The notes under the pieces: model-generated
Seen by the model: only the letters and a program-made list of their open reading frames with translations
Databases searched by the model: none
Told to the model about the DNA's origin: nothing
Part shown: positions 30,810 through 41,231 of the stretch, one piece after another
How positions within the stretch are numbered: position 1 is the stretch's first letter
Layout of the letters: every line of letters starts with the position of its first letter
Translations under genes and position numbers: made by a program
Assembly (NCBI GenBank): GCA_963667175.2
Contig: CAXXXF010000012.1
Location: forward strand, 192,001-256,000
Reading direction: 5' to 3'
Length of the DNA stretch: 64,000 nt
Source of the DNA: Candidatus Latescibacterota bacterium
Lineage (GTDB): Bacteria; Latescibacterota; UBA2968; GCA-2709665

Positions 30810-31595
30810 ATGAAGAACATCCGGCTGGACGTCCGGTACTATCACCTCACCCGGCGAGCCAGGGTGACCGAAGACGAATTCCATCTCCGGACACTGCGGC
30901 GAGACTATCCGGCGGACCGGACCGCACTGGTGCTGGTGGACGTGTGGAGCGACCACTTTGTGAGCACGCACCTGAAGCGCGGGAGAGACATCACCCTTGA
31001 ACGCATCATTCCCGTTGCGGAGGCCTTCCGATCGGTCGGCGCCGCGGTGATCCACGCGCCCAGCCCGGACTGCGCCAAACGCTATGAGGCGTGGACCCGC
31101 TTTGCAGGCGATGACGAAGTCTTCGGACGCCCCGGTCCGGCCCCCGACGACTGGCCTCCCGCGGAATTCCGCTCGAGGACGGGCGACTACGAAGCGTGGG
31201 CTCAGCCGAAGGACCCGCACGATCAGGATTTCGAGGACACCATCAGGAACCGCCGCATCATTCCCGAAGCCGAACCTTGCGACGGCGACGAGGTTGTCGT
31301 AACCGGCGCCCAGCTGCACCGCCTGCTGAAGCACCGGGGGATCCTGCACCTGTTCTACGCCGGCTTCGCCGCAAACATGTGCGTCCCCTTCAGGGACTAC
31401 GGCATGAGGGCCATGAAAGACCGCGGGTACGACATCATCCTCATCAGAGACTGCACCACCGCCATCGAAGTCGCGGACACGTCCGAAAATCTGGACCTGT
31501 CCCGGGCCGCCGTCATCGATACGGAAGTCAATATAGGATACACCACGTCCCACAGCGAACTGGTTGCAGCCTGCCGGCAGGCGTCACAACCGTGA
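30810..31595 (+). CDS. Isochorismatase/cysteine hydrolase family protein
   Basis: TALVLVDVW, HAPS, GFAANMC, IRDCT; start moved to ATG 30810. Confidence 0.85.
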   Translation: MKNIRLDVRYYHLTRRARVTEDEFHLRTLRRDYPADRTALVLVDVWSDHFVSTHLKRGRDITLERIIPVAEAFRSVGAAVIHAPSPDCAKRYEAWTRFAGDDEVFGRPGPAPDDWPPAEFRSRTGDYEAWAQPKDPHDQDFEDTIRNRRIIPEAEPCDGDEVVVTGAQLHRLLKHRGILHLFYAGFAANMCVPFRDYGMRAMKDRGYDIILIRDCTTAIEVADTSENLDLSRAAVIDTEVNIGYTTSHSELVAACRQASQP

Positions 31596-31640
31596 GCAGC
31601 CGTTCGGAAAGGAGTCCTTCATCGTCAGGTGTGGGGCGAG

Positions 31641-32624
31641 TCACGACGGCCCCAGGACGAAGGTGGCGGCCTGCCGGATCACCTCGACGCCCGATCCGGG
31701 CCTGTGCGCGTTCTCGCTCAGGTGCCGGCGCCAGGCGCGGGCTCCCGGCAACCCCTGGAAGAGGCCCATGATGTGCCGCGTCATGCCGGCCAGCGGCATC
31801 CCCATGCGCAGCTGATCGTCGACGTATTCACAGAATCGATCCAGAATCTCCCCCCGCCCGGCCACGGGGCGCGTATCGCCGTAGAACGCCTGGTCCATCG
31901 ACGCCAGGAAATAGGGATTCTGATAGGCCTCGCGACCGATCATGACGCCATCCACGGTTTCGAGGTGTTCCCGCACCTGCTCGCGGGTTGTGATTCCTCC
32001 GTTCAGGACGACCTCCAGGTCCGGGAAGTCCTGTTTCAGACGATACACCACGTCGTATCGCAGCGGGGGGATCTCGCGGTTCTGCTTCGGACTCAATCCT
32101 TGCAGCCACGCCTTTCTGGCGTGGATGACGAACACGCGGCATCCGGCGCCGGAAACCGTCCGTACGAAATGCGCCAGGTCCGCGTAGGAATCCCTGTTGT
32201 CGATACCAATCCTCGTCTTCACGGTGACCGGGACTTCCACCGATTCGCGCATGGCCGCCACGCAACGTGCGACCAGATCGGGCTCCGCCATGAGGCAGGC
32301 GCCGAACCGGCCTGCCTGCACGCGGTCGCTCGGGCAGCCCACGTTGAGATTGATCTCGTCATAATCGTAGTCCTGGCCGATCCGCGCACAGCGCGCCAGC
32401 GCCGCCGGATCGCTTCCTCCCAGCTGAAGCGCCACCGGATGCTCCCGGCGATGGTATTTCAGAAGCTGCTCGCGTCGGCCCCGGAGGACCGCATCGGCGG
32501 TTATCATCTCGGTGTAGAGCAGGATGCGCCGCGAAAACAGCCTCAGGAAATACCGTTCGTGCCTGTCCGTCCAGTCCATCATCGGTGCGACCGACAGGCG
32601 TCTGTTGAACGTCTCTTCCGCCAA
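31641..32624 (-). CDS. dusA: tRNA-dihydrouridine(20/20a) synthase
   Basis: SVAPMMDWTDRH, EINLNVGCPSDRVQ, HARKAWLQGLSPKQNR; probable TTG start. Confidence 0.95.
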   Translation of the reverse strand: MAEETFNRRLSVAPMMDWTDRHERYFLRLFSRRILLYTEMITADAVLRGRREQLLKYHRREHPVALQLGGSDPAALARCARIGQDYDYDEINLNVGCPSDRVQAGRFGACLMAEPDLVARCVAAMRESVEVPVTVKTRIGIDNRDSYADLAHFVRTVSGAGCRVFVIHARKAWLQGLSPKQNREIPPLRYDVVYRLKQDFPDLEVVLNGGITTREQVREHLETVDGVMIGREAYQNPYFLASMDQAFYGDTRPVAGRGEILDRFCEYVDDQLRMGMPLAGMTRHIMGLFQGLPGARAWRRHLSENAHRPGSGVEVIRQAATFVLGPS

Positions 32625-32877
32625 CGTCAGACTCCGGCTCAGGTGAAAGACCGTACGGCCGGCGGCGGCGCGGCCCGCGTCAATCTGCAGCCGGCCTGAA
32701 GGAGGACCCCGATACCTATCTTCTCTACTCCGTCGCCGGTGAATACGGAATCGCAATTGCGAAGATAACGGAGTGACACGCGCCGTGCCACGAAAAACCG
32801 AACGGCGGGATTTCACGCCTCGTGCGCGTGGAACCCCGCCGCTCTGGTCCTGGTCAACCGCAGCCGGACCGGTTCAA

Positions 32878-34023
32878 TTACCCGGCGGCCGGCAGTCCGA
32901 GTTCTTCCGCATTCACGATACTCGGACAGGCGTTGGGCGCGCCGTCGCCCAGAAATGGCAGGACGTCGTCCTGGTCCGCCCACGCGGGAAAGCCCCGTAG
33001 AACGCCGGCGACATTGCTGGCGGCGAGTGTCGCCATACCTTCGCGGGTCCAACTCGTCGCAGACGCGATGTGGGGGACGATCACCACGTTGTTCAGTTCA
33101 TTCAATCCGGGCTTCATTTCCGGCTCGTCTTCAAAAACGTCGAGCCCGACCCTGAAGTCAGGATTTTTCCTGCAGTGCGCCACGAGCGCGGTTTCGTCGA
33201 TAACGGGGCCCCGGCTGGCATTTACGAGAATCGCATCGGACTTCATCAGGTTCAGGCGTTCCTCGTTCATCAGGTGGTGGGTCGTCGGATCCAGAAGCGG
33301 ATGCAGGCTCACCACGTCGGCCTCGCGCAACACCTGTTCCGCGGTGTCTGCCCTGCGAACACTCACGGGCTCCTCGCCGTGAGCCTCCAGAAACGCGGCG
33401 TAGTCCCGAATGTAATCTTCGAGTCGTTCATTCGGGTAGGGGTCGTAATAGATGAAGTTCATCTTGAATCCTTCGACCATCATTCGCGCATACGTCGCGC
33501 CGATTCGCCCGGCGCCAATCACGCCGACGGTCTTCCGGTTGAGCAACTGCCCCAGGAACAGCGTGGGCAGCCATCCCTCGTACCTGCCGCCGCGCATGTA
33601 CTCGTCGGCCTCCACCACGCGGCGCGCGGCCGAGAACGTCAGCGCGGTCGCCATTTCGGCCGTGGTTTCCGTCAATACGCCTGGCGTGTTTCCCACGGGA
33701 ATTCCATGCCGTATGGCCGCCTCCACGTCCACGTTGTTATAGCCTACCGCGTAGTTGCTGTAGGCTTTGCCGCCGGCCGCTTTCAGTGCCGAAAAGAGCG
33801 GTTCGCCCCAATCTTCGGTGAGCTGCCCGATCACGCCGTCGCAACGATCGCCGATTGCGGCCGTGATTTCATCCACCTGCAGGATCCGGGTGGAAGTACT
33901 GTATTCAACGCGACAGCCCGCCCCTTTCAGAATATCCAGCCAGCGGTCGCCGGGAAGCTCCTTGGTAACCACCACGCGCAGATTCCCCGAAGCATTGACC
34001 GTCGTCCACTCATTGGCAGCCAA
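32878..34023 (-). CDS. Hydroxypyruvate reductase / D-glycerate dehydrogenase, plant HPR1-like
   Basis: CDGVIGQLTEDWG, AVGYNNVDV, GNTPGVLTETTAE, GAGRIG, SRGPVIDE, PHIASA; TTG start after AAGGAGG. Confidence 0.9.
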   Translation of the reverse strand: MAANEWTTVNASGNLRVVVTKELPGDRWLDILKGAGCRVEYSTSTRILQVDEITAAIGDRCDGVIGQLTEDWGEPLFSALKAAGGKAYSNYAVGYNNVDVEAAIRHGIPVGNTPGVLTETTAEMATALTFSAARRVVEADEYMRGGRYEGWLPTLFLGQLLNRKTVGVIGAGRIGATYARMMVEGFKMNFIYYDPYPNERLEDYIRDYAAFLEAHGEEPVSVRRADTAEQVLREADVVSLHPLLDPTTHHLMNEERLNLMKSDAILVNASRGPVIDETALVAHCRKNPDFRVGLDVFEDEPEMKPGLNELNNVVIVPHIASATSWTREGMATLAASNVAGVLRGFPAWADQDDVLPFLGDGAPNACPSIVNAEELGLPAAG

Positions 34024-34222
34024 AACACGCCCTCCTTGGAAATTGAAAATAGGATTGGATGCGGTCAAACCGCGGTGGCTCGGACCGGATCCGGTTCCAA
34101 AAATCCGCCTGATTGTCCGTCGAATATACGCAATCGGGTCGACCGATACAAGATTGCGGACGAGGAGCCGGAATCAGATGCGCAACCGGGCCGTCGCCCG
34201 CGCCGTACCGGAACGCCGGAAC

Positions 34223-35272
34223 TCAATGGATCCTGTAATCCGGAACGGCGACCGGCGCGCTTCCCTGTTGAGCCGACAGATGCGCGCACAGACCCGGTAC
34301 CGAAAAGTCCAGGGACCGGTAGACGTCTATCGGTACGGGACCCTGGCCGTTAACGGCCCGCACGAACCGGTCCACCATGAAGTACTCCGAGGTCCCGTGC
34401 CCACCGGCACGCGCCCCGGCAGGCGCGTCGGGATCGGAGTCCAGTGCCTGGATTTTCTCCATTGCCCCCTCACCCGCACGGAAAATCTTGGCGTCTTCCC
34501 AAGTCGCCCGTCTGTTTTCCAGCGTACCCTCGGTACCGTAGAAGATCTGCCAGTGCATCCCGGGCTCCCTGGTCACCGTAAACCCGCACAGGATCTTGAT
34601 GACGTTACCCTTCTCGGTCCGGAACAACCCCACCTGCATGTCAATCGAGCCGATCTCGGGCTCGGTATGCGTGCCCGTCGACATGCCCACCGCGGAAACA
34701 CATCGGTCGTCCAGGATATCCAATACCGGACCGAGGCTGTGGGTACAGTAATGAATCGGCGGCATCGACGCCCGCCACGTCAGTTCTCCCCCAGGACCCT
34801 GCATCAGTTTCCTGCAATCGTGTATATACTCCGCTTCGGCATAGAAGACTCGCCCAATCGCGCCGGATTGAATCTTCGCCTTCCAGTCCTGAACATAATG
34901 GTAGAAGTTCATATTCTCTGCCATCATGTAGATCCGCCCGGTGCGGCGAACGGCCTCGGCCAGCGCGTCGGATTCGTCCAGCGACCAGGCGGCTGGAACC
35001 TCGCTCAGGACGTGCGCGCCGGCTTCCATTGCCCGAATGGAATGGTCCGCGTGCATGGGCGCCGGCGTCGCCACAACGACGACGTCCAGATCCGCCGCCA
35101 GAAACGCGTCGAAATCCGCGTACGCCGATTCAGTGCGAACGACGTCTGCAGCCCGCTCCCGCCATTCCGCTACTGGATCGCAGATCGCCGCAAGTCGCGC
35201 TTCCGGATGGTTCTGAAACGTATTCGCAAGGCTTCGGCCACGCCTCAAACCGGCAACCCCGACCTTTAACAT
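34223..35272 (-). CDS. Gfo/Idh/MocA family oxidoreductase
   Basis: KVGVAG, ATP..H, HVLSEVP, YCTHSLGP, GGHG. Confidence 0.88.
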   Translation of the reverse strand: MLKVGVAGLRRGRSLANTFQNHPEARLAAICDPVAEWRERAADVVRTESAYADFDAFLAADLDVVVVATPAPMHADHSIRAMEAGAHVLSEVPAAWSLDESDALAEAVRRTGRIYMMAENMNFYHYVQDWKAKIQSGAIGRVFYAEAEYIHDCRKLMQGPGGELTWRASMPPIHYCTHSLGPVLDILDDRCVSAVGMSTGTHTEPEIGSIDMQVGLFRTEKGNVIKILCGFTVTREPGMHWQIFYGTEGTLENRRATWEDAKIFRAGEGAMEKIQALDSDPDAPAGARAGGHGTSEYFMVDRFVRAVNGQGPVPIDVYRSLDFSVPGLCAHLSAQQGSAPVAVPDYRIH

Positions 35273-35335
35273 ATCTCCTTCCCGGGCAGGACGGGACGGA
35301 TCCGTGAGACTTCAGGGCCGTCACCGTCTTCCGCA

Positions 35336-38300
35336 TCAGACCCGCTCAACAACGGGCTCGATGGACAGATAGGGTTCGGCCGACCGGGGGCGTCCGTTGC
35401 CGTCCATCATCGCCGCGGCCGCCTGATACGCCGCCTTGATCTTGGGGCGGATCACCTCGCGATAACCGCGCACTTCCTCCGGCATGCGGAACACCCGCAC
35501 GTAGTCCCCGTAACGTTCGTCATGATCGAATTCGAACCGGTCGACGAAATTGACGTACCAGTCGCGGTACGCCTTTTCCTCCCGATGCCACGCCGGCATC
35601 AACTTCCGCAGGAATTTCATTCGTTTCATCAACTTCAGCATCCAGTCCCGGGTGGTCAGCTTGAGATACACGTTGAACCCGAGAATATTGAAATTGCCCC
35701 GGTTGAAGTGTCGGTAGGAAATCCGGTCTCCGCGCTCGGCGCTCACGTTGAATCGCTCGCGGTCGCGCCTGTACTTTTCTTCACTTGTCAGCAGATGCGC
35801 GACGTACACTTCATCCTTGTAAGCCATCACGCGGGGCAGATACCTGATGACCGCGCGGGTCGCCTCGTATCCCTCCTCGGGGCGGTCTTTTTCGTACACC
35901 TTTCGCACCCGCCTCACGTAAGACCTGGCGTAGTCCGCGCCATCCCACTGCATCAGATCGTACACACCCAGGGCAAACTGCAGACGATCCTCTTCGGCAA
36001 GGTCCAGCGGCGCAGCCTCGGCGGTCAGTTCGAGGTACGCCGCGCTCGCTTTCCTGCCCCGTCCCCGTTCAAGAATGCCGGCCTTGTCTTCAATCAGTTC
36101 GTTGGAGGAAAGCGAGGGTTTCTCCTTCGCGACGACTTCCGGATCGATGGCGATCTTGCGGCCCAGATCAAAGGCCCTGAAATTGGACTCGAGGTCGCTG
36201 CGTTTAATGTTGCGCCGCATCGACCATCTTATGTTCTCCAGATCCAGCGGCAGCACGCCCCGCTGATACGCAACCCCGAGAAGGATGCTGTTCGCGTAAA
36301 TCTTGTTGCCCAGAAAACGCTCCGATATTTCCCCGAGGTCCATCCCGAAATACGCCTCGGATCTGGTGTGACGCTTCAGTACCTCCTCCAACCGGGCGGT
36401 ATCGAATTCGTCCTGGCCGGTAAGCGTAAGTACCGTGTGCCGCTTCCCCGTCTCCACCACCGCGGTTGTATGTCTCGGGCTGGCCACACGCCCGTTACCC
36501 ATGGACTCCAGACCGCGCACCGCCTCCAGGATATCCAGGCCCAGAAGCAAGTCGGCATGACCGTAGGGGGTGATCTGGGAAATCACGCGGTCGCCCTTCG
36601 CGAAGCTCACGTGGGAATAGACGGCCCCGTTTCGGATCGCCAACCCCTTCTTGTTGGTAAACCGGACGGTATACCCCTGCCGGGCGCCGGCCACGGAGAG
36701 AATCGCGGCGATGGTATTGATGCCCATGCCGCCCACCCCGGCGATGTACGCGTACCAGGTGGCGTCAAACGCCTTGACGTCGGGCGCCGGCAGATTCGAA
36801 AGGTCGATGGCTTCCGTCTGTCGCCGCGTGGCCCGGGAGCGCTTTACGATGACCTCCTCGAACGACGGGCAGGTGCCGTCGCCGTTCGAAACGGTCACCC
36901 GTGTGCAGGCGCCGTCCGCGACGCACAGGGACAGATCCGTGGCAATTTTCGGACCGTGGAGCGTCTCCTCCACCGTCAATCCGCTGCAACCGGTTGCCCG
37001 CGTGCATTCCAGGCAATATTCGCAGACCTCCGGCGTAATGTTGACGTGACGCTCCTCGGGCAGGTATCCCCTTTCCTGAACGATATCGTTCTGCAGGGCT
37101 CGCTGCCTGCGGTGGAAGGTGATTCCGCATTCCTTGTCCGCAATAATGATCTTCACGCCGTCCTTCAACAAAGCGCGCTCAAGGGTCTGCCGGTAGGACG
37201 TCCGCTCCGCCGGATTCATCCGCGCGATAAACACGCTTTCTCCGTCGCCCGCCATACCCCGCACAACCTGCTCGATATCCTGTGCGAACGTCGGCTTGCC
37301 GAGAATGTCCACGTCGACGCCAGGCGTGGGCTGGTGCCCCGTCATCGCCGTCGTCTTGTTGTCCAGAATGACGTAGGTAATGTCCTGGCCATGTTTGATG
37401 GAATCGGAAATCGCCGCCATGCCGCTATGGAAGAAAGTCGAGTCTCCCATAAAGACAAGCTGCTTGTTATCAATATAGGGATCGATCCCGGCGCCCGTGC
37501 CGCCGCCCAGACCCATACCGGACAAATTGTGCATCAGCCGGTCGAAAGGCTTGTATTTCAGCAGGGAATAGCAACCGATGTCGCCATGAAACACCAGGTC
37601 CGCGGGATCTTTCTGGTGGTGTTTCCTCATATAATCCGCGTTGCTGAAGTCGTCGATGACCCGATTCAACACACTGGCGGAGTCCCGATGCGGGCAACCG
37701 GGACAGAAGGAGGGCGTGCGAACCTCCGCCTGAACCCGGTAGTCGGCCGTTTCGTTTACAAGGTCCACTTCCCGCGAAATCCGGTCCCGGTCGACGGGGA
37801 CCGTGGGATCGTCCAGCTGCAGCAGCACGGGCGAGAGCGCCTTGAGCAGAATGGAGGGATTCATCCCCTTGCTGTCCGGAATGCCCGGTTGACCGCCGGG
37901 AAAGCGCTTCCCCCAGACCCGGAATGGGCCGATCATACCATCCTGATGCAGTCTCTGCAGCGCGGCTGTGACCTGTCCCTCCAGAAATCCGCGTTTCTCT
38001 TCCACGACGTAGACGTCATCGACGAACGCCACGAAGTCCTTCAGTATCTCCGGGTCTACGGGATACGTCAGCCCGTATTTCAGAATCGGAAAGCTTCCTT
38101 CCAGCCCCAGCATATTCATCACGTGCTCCAGATAGCAGTAGGCGAGGCTGGAACTGATGAATCCCACTCGCTTTTTCCCCGATTCAGGCGGATACAGAAT
38201 GCGATTCAGATTGTATTCACGGGCGCATTCGAGAAACTCCGGCATCCGTCGATGAAGGACGTCCTCCTCTTTGACGGCCGTGCTTGGCGGGATGATCACC

Positions 38301-38941
38301 CGGTCGTCCAGCGGAATCGACCCGCTGTCGATGGTCAAGGGCGTGTTCGCCGTCAGATCGGGAAAACGATTGGGCCCCACCTCGACCGTGCCTCCTCCAT
38401 CGGCCTGGTTGGAGGTAACCAGATAGGCCACGTAAAGGCGTGTCTTTTCCGACAGGTCGAACGCGGCCCCGATCCAGTCCTTGATTTCCTGAAACGTACT
38501 GGGCTCAAGAATGGGCATATAAAGATGTTTGGCAATAAACCGGGAATCAGCCGGCACCTGGGTGCCTTCGGACCAGGTATCGTCGCCGAACACCGCCACC
38601 GCCGCGCCTCCGGGCGCCGTGCCCGCCATATTGCCGAGAGCAAGCCCGTCGGACGCCACGTGGGCGCCCACGCTCTTCATCACCGCCATCGCGCGCACGG
38701 GCGCCATCTGGGAACCGTTGAGCCGCGCGGCGCTGAGCGCTTCGTTGTTGGCGATCTGCACGACAACGCCCTGCTCCACCAGCAGTTCCCGGATGCGTTC
38801 CGCGGCATCGAAGACCTCGGCGACCGGAGATCCCGGGTAGCCCGTAAGCATCCCCATGCGATGTTCCAGACCGCCCTTGACAATGAGCTCATTGCCGGTA
38901 AAGATCCCCACGCCTTCTTCCAGGAGAAATCTCGGATCCAC
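35336..38941 (-). CDS. Fused indolepyruvate/2-oxoacid:ferredoxin oxidoreductase (alpha+beta)
   Basis: GYPGSP, RTPSFCPGCPH, GDIGC, GDSTFFHSG, N.TTAMTG, CEYCLEC, AGVGGMG, MAYKDE. Probable GTG start 38941; the ORF-track N-terminus is MITE sequence. Confidence 0.88.
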   Translation of the reverse strand: MDPRFLLEEGVGIFTGNELIVKGGLEHRMGMLTGYPGSPVAEVFDAAERIRELLVEQGVVVQIANNEALSAARLNGSQMAPVRAMAVMKSVGAHVASDGLALGNMAGTAPGGAAVAVFGDDTWSEGTQVPADSRFIAKHLYMPILEPSTFQEIKDWIGAAFDLSEKTRLYVAYLVTSNQADGGGTVEVGPNRFPDLTANTPLTIDSGSIPLDDRVIIPPSTAVKEEDVLHRRMPEFLECAREYNLNRILYPPESGKKRVGFISSSLAYCYLEHVMNMLGLEGSFPILKYGLTYPVDPEILKDFVAFVDDVYVVEEKRGFLEGQVTAALQRLHQDGMIGPFRVWGKRFPGGQPGIPDSKGMNPSILLKALSPVLLQLDDPTVPVDRDRISREVDLVNETADYRVQAEVRTPSFCPGCPHRDSASVLNRVIDDFSNADYMRKHHQKDPADLVFHGDIGCYSLLKYKPFDRLMHNLSGMGLGGGTGAGIDPYIDNKQLVFMGDSTFFHSGMAAISDSIKHGQDITYVILDNKTTAMTGHQPTPGVDVDILGKPTFAQDIEQVVRGMAGDGESVFIARMNPAERTSYRQTLERALLKDGVKIIIADKECGITFHRRQRALQNDIVQERGYLPEERHVNITPEVCEYCLECTRATGCSGLTVEETLHGPKIATDLSLCVADGACTRVTVSNGDGTCPSFEEVIVKRSRATRRQTEAIDLSNLPAPDVKAFDATWYAYIAGVGGMGINTIAAILSVAGARQGYTVRFTNKKGLAIRNGAVYSHVSFAKGDRVISQITPYGHADLLLGLDILEAVRGLESMGNGRVASPRHTTAVVETGKRHTVLTLTGQDEFDTARLEEVLKRHTRSEAYFGMDLGEISERFLGNKIYANSILLGVAYQRGVLPLDLENIRWSMRRNIKRSDLESNFRAFDLGRKIAIDPEVVAKEKPSLSSNELIEDKAGILERGRGRKASAAYLELTAEAAPLDLAEEDRLQFALGVYDLMQWDGADYARSYVRRVRKVYEKDRPEEGYEATRAVIRYLPRVMAYKDEVYVAHLLTSEEKYRRDRERFNVSAERGDRISYRHFNRGNFNILGFNVYLKLTTRDWMLKLMKRMKFLRKLMPAWHREEKAYRDWYVNFVDRFEFDHDERYGDYVRVFRMPEEVRGYREVIRPKIKAAYQAAAAMMDGNGRPRSAEPYLSIEPVVERV

Positions 38942-38955
38942 GGCGAATTCCTTAG

Positions 38956-39164
38956 CAATCCGTTGAAAAAGCCGCTCTGCAGGCGAGGCCGAGTCATTGT
39001 CGCCGAAGACAAGGCGCGCCTGTCTGCGTGCGGACACGCACAGGCAGGCGACCGACGCGAATCCCTGGATTCGGGGAGGGAGCGCCTGCCTGCTGCAGGC
39101 AGGCAACGCCGTATTTCGGTCACAAGGGCCGGACGCAGACCGGATGGACTTTTTCAACGGGCTG
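38956..39164 (+). mobile_element. MITE copy 2 (~209 bp)
   Basis: CAATCCGTTGAAAAAGCC...GACTTTTTCAACGGGCTG; close reverse complement of copy 1. Confidence 0.85.
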
Positions 39165-39248
39165 TTTGGATAGTTCCGTGCCAAATACAACAACTGCCGC
39201 GAACCCGGAACCGCACGGGTTCCCCGGCTCCCGGCCCCTGACGGCGCA

Positions 39249-40625
39249 CTACTCGATCAGCCGCCAGTTCGGATTATACGTTTCCGCAGGATGGGTGGAG
39301 TGCACGAGTTCGAAAACACCTGCGCCGCGCCGGTCCATGAAAATGAACCGGACACCCCGCTGGTTTTCGTACGTCCAGACTTCAAACGGCTTCTCGTTGG
39401 ATGCCGCCAGATTGTATTGTATGTCGCTCGGCTCGCCGAACTTGATGTAGACCCGGCCCTTGTCCGTATCCGACCCCCGCTTTCCCCGGCTGGCAGCGTA
39501 GTTGTTCTCGGCAAAACGCATCCGCTGAATATGCTGGATCAGGCGTTCGTTCTCGTCGGTGGCCGGCGTAGGATCAAGGTCCTTCCAGAATGCTTTCAGG
39601 AACACCATCTGGTCCTGTCGGTTCGTCAGTTTCCTGTATTCCTTTACCTGCGAACCCCTGGCGATATATCGGATATCTCTGTAAAATCGAATGTTGTCCC
39701 GTTCCTCCTGGGTCAATTCGACGACTTCCTGCTGCCTGGCCAGCGAAACCATCCGCTTCACCCTGTGTACCGCGCGGTTGCTCCGATCCAGCGCTTCGAC
39801 GTGAAGATAGTAGGTGCCCGGAGGCAGATCGCCGGTGTTGAAGATCTCTGTTTTTACGGCGCTGGTCCCGGGTTTCATCAGCCGCTGGTCGGCAAACTTC
39901 GCAAGCACGGCGCCGGCTGTATCCAGCACGCTGTACCCCAGCAGAAACGTATTGTCCGCTCCCTCAGCCGGAGGCGAAAGGTGATAGATCTCGAAATAGA
40001 CTTCGATATCTCCGCCGGCGGGATAGGTCCGCGTGACGTTCGGGGTCACCAGCCAGCCGTATCTCGAAAACCGGCTGTCCGTCTCGGCTTTTGACAGCCC
40101 CGTTGCGAACAGAAGATCGCTGGATTTCAAGGTCTGCCCTTCAAAGTTCCGAACCTGCAACGCTCCTTCCGCCACCGCTTTCTTCTTCTCCTTGAGGTCT
40201 CGAATCGAAAGGGTCATCCGGTAGGCGCCGGGCTTCAGATCGAATCCGATCATATCGCGAAAGGGCAATCCGGCGCCTTCGACGTCGTCGGCGCTTTCAA
40301 CCCACACCTTGCGTTTCCAGGTCTCTTCGTTGACGACGGCGCCCGCGGAGTCGGTCAGGGAAACGGACAATTCCATTTCGGCTTCGTATCGTTTTCTCTT
40401 CCGCCTGAACTTCAACTGACTCGCATCGAGAAGAACGTAAATCTCCTGGCGGGTATATCCGACCGACGCCTGGAAGCCGGCGGTGTCGGTAAAAAACGCC
40501 AGATCGCCTTCGCCGATCAGAGGCAGGTCCACGCCCGTCGCCTCGCCGCAATGCCCGTTCGCGCACCAGAACGAAACGCCGGCAAACATCAGGACGCCTA
40601 TCCATAGCCGGTCTGCAGATCCCAT
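39249..40625 (-). CDS. GWxTD-domain protein (motif variant GSDTD)
   Basis: Signal peptide; FWKDLDPTPATDENE, GSDTDKGRVYIKFGEP, EVWTY. Confidence 0.85.
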   Translation of the reverse strand: MGSADRLWIGVLMFAGVSFWCANGHCGEATGVDLPLIGEGDLAFFTDTAGFQASVGYTRQEIYVLLDASQLKFRRKRKRYEAEMELSVSLTDSAGAVVNEETWKRKVWVESADDVEGAGLPFRDMIGFDLKPGAYRMTLSIRDLKEKKKAVAEGALQVRNFEGQTLKSSDLLFATGLSKAETDSRFSRYGWLVTPNVTRTYPAGGDIEVYFEIYHLSPPAEGADNTFLLGYSVLDTAGAVLAKFADQRLMKPGTSAVKTEIFNTGDLPPGTYYLHVEALDRSNRAVHRVKRMVSLARQQEVVELTQEERDNIRFYRDIRYIARGSQVKEYRKLTNRQDQMVFLKAFWKDLDPTPATDENERLIQHIQRMRFAENNYAASRGKRGSDTDKGRVYIKFGEPSDIQYNLAASNEKPFEVWTYENQRGVRFIFMDRRGAGVFELVHSTHPAETYNPNWRLIE

Positions 40626-40840
40626 TTCCCAGGTCTCCGAGATTGTCTGTAACGATTCAAATCCGGTGTCCCGTGCCGGTAACAGGTCGCCACTCTCCCC
40701 CGATTCCGGCGATCATCTCCCAGGACAGAACACCGAAATTCAACTGCGGCCTGGCGGCTTCCCGCCCGGAGCCGAAACAGGCAATGTATGGCACGCCGGC
40801 ATTCAAGTCAACTCCAAAGCGCCCGGGCAACCCGTCAGAC

Positions 40841-41227
40841 TCAGGCGTCGGGAGAGACGAAAATCTCATCCTCCCGGATACGTACGGGATATTTTCTGAC
40901 CTTGAAATGCGGCGCCTCGGTACAGGCGCCGGACTCGAGATCGAACGTGAGGTTGTGCCAGAAACAGGTCACCGTGCCGCCGCTGATCCCGTCCGTGCCG
41001 ATGGGTCGATGGTTGTGAGGACAGAAGTTGTCAATCGCCTCGATTCTGCCGCCGACGTTGAACAGCCCGATTTCACGTCCCATCATCGTCACCAGCTTGC
41101 CCTTTCCGGGCGGGACTTCCTGCATCGAAGCCACGCGAAAGAACCGCTGGCCGCAGCCTGAGCCGCCGGGGGCGGACCGACCGGTTCCACACCGGTCTTT
41201 CGGACGCCGTCGATTCAACTTGAACAC
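40841..41227 (-). CDS. Rieske [2Fe-2S] ferredoxin
   Basis: AIDNFCPH...VTCFWH..FDL.SG; start uncertain. Confidence 0.8.
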   Translation of the reverse strand: MFKLNRRRPKDRCGTGRSAPGGSGCGQRFFRVASMQEVPPGKGKLVTMMGREIGLFNVGGRIEAIDNFCPHNHRPIGTDGISGGTVTCFWHNLTFDLESGACTEAPHFKVRKYPVRIREDEIFVSPDA

Positions 41228-41231
41228 GCAC

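Noticed and set aside
38942-39193. N-terminal extension of the IOR ORF (and of TlpA, 14430-14555)
   Set aside because: Translates MITE sequence; better starts lie downstream.
35522-39241. 1239-aa plus-strand ORF, and similar long antisense ORFs (3049-5442, 33767-35269, 23586-24902)
   Set aside because: Antisense shadows of well-supported minus-strand genes in high-GC DNA; no motifs.
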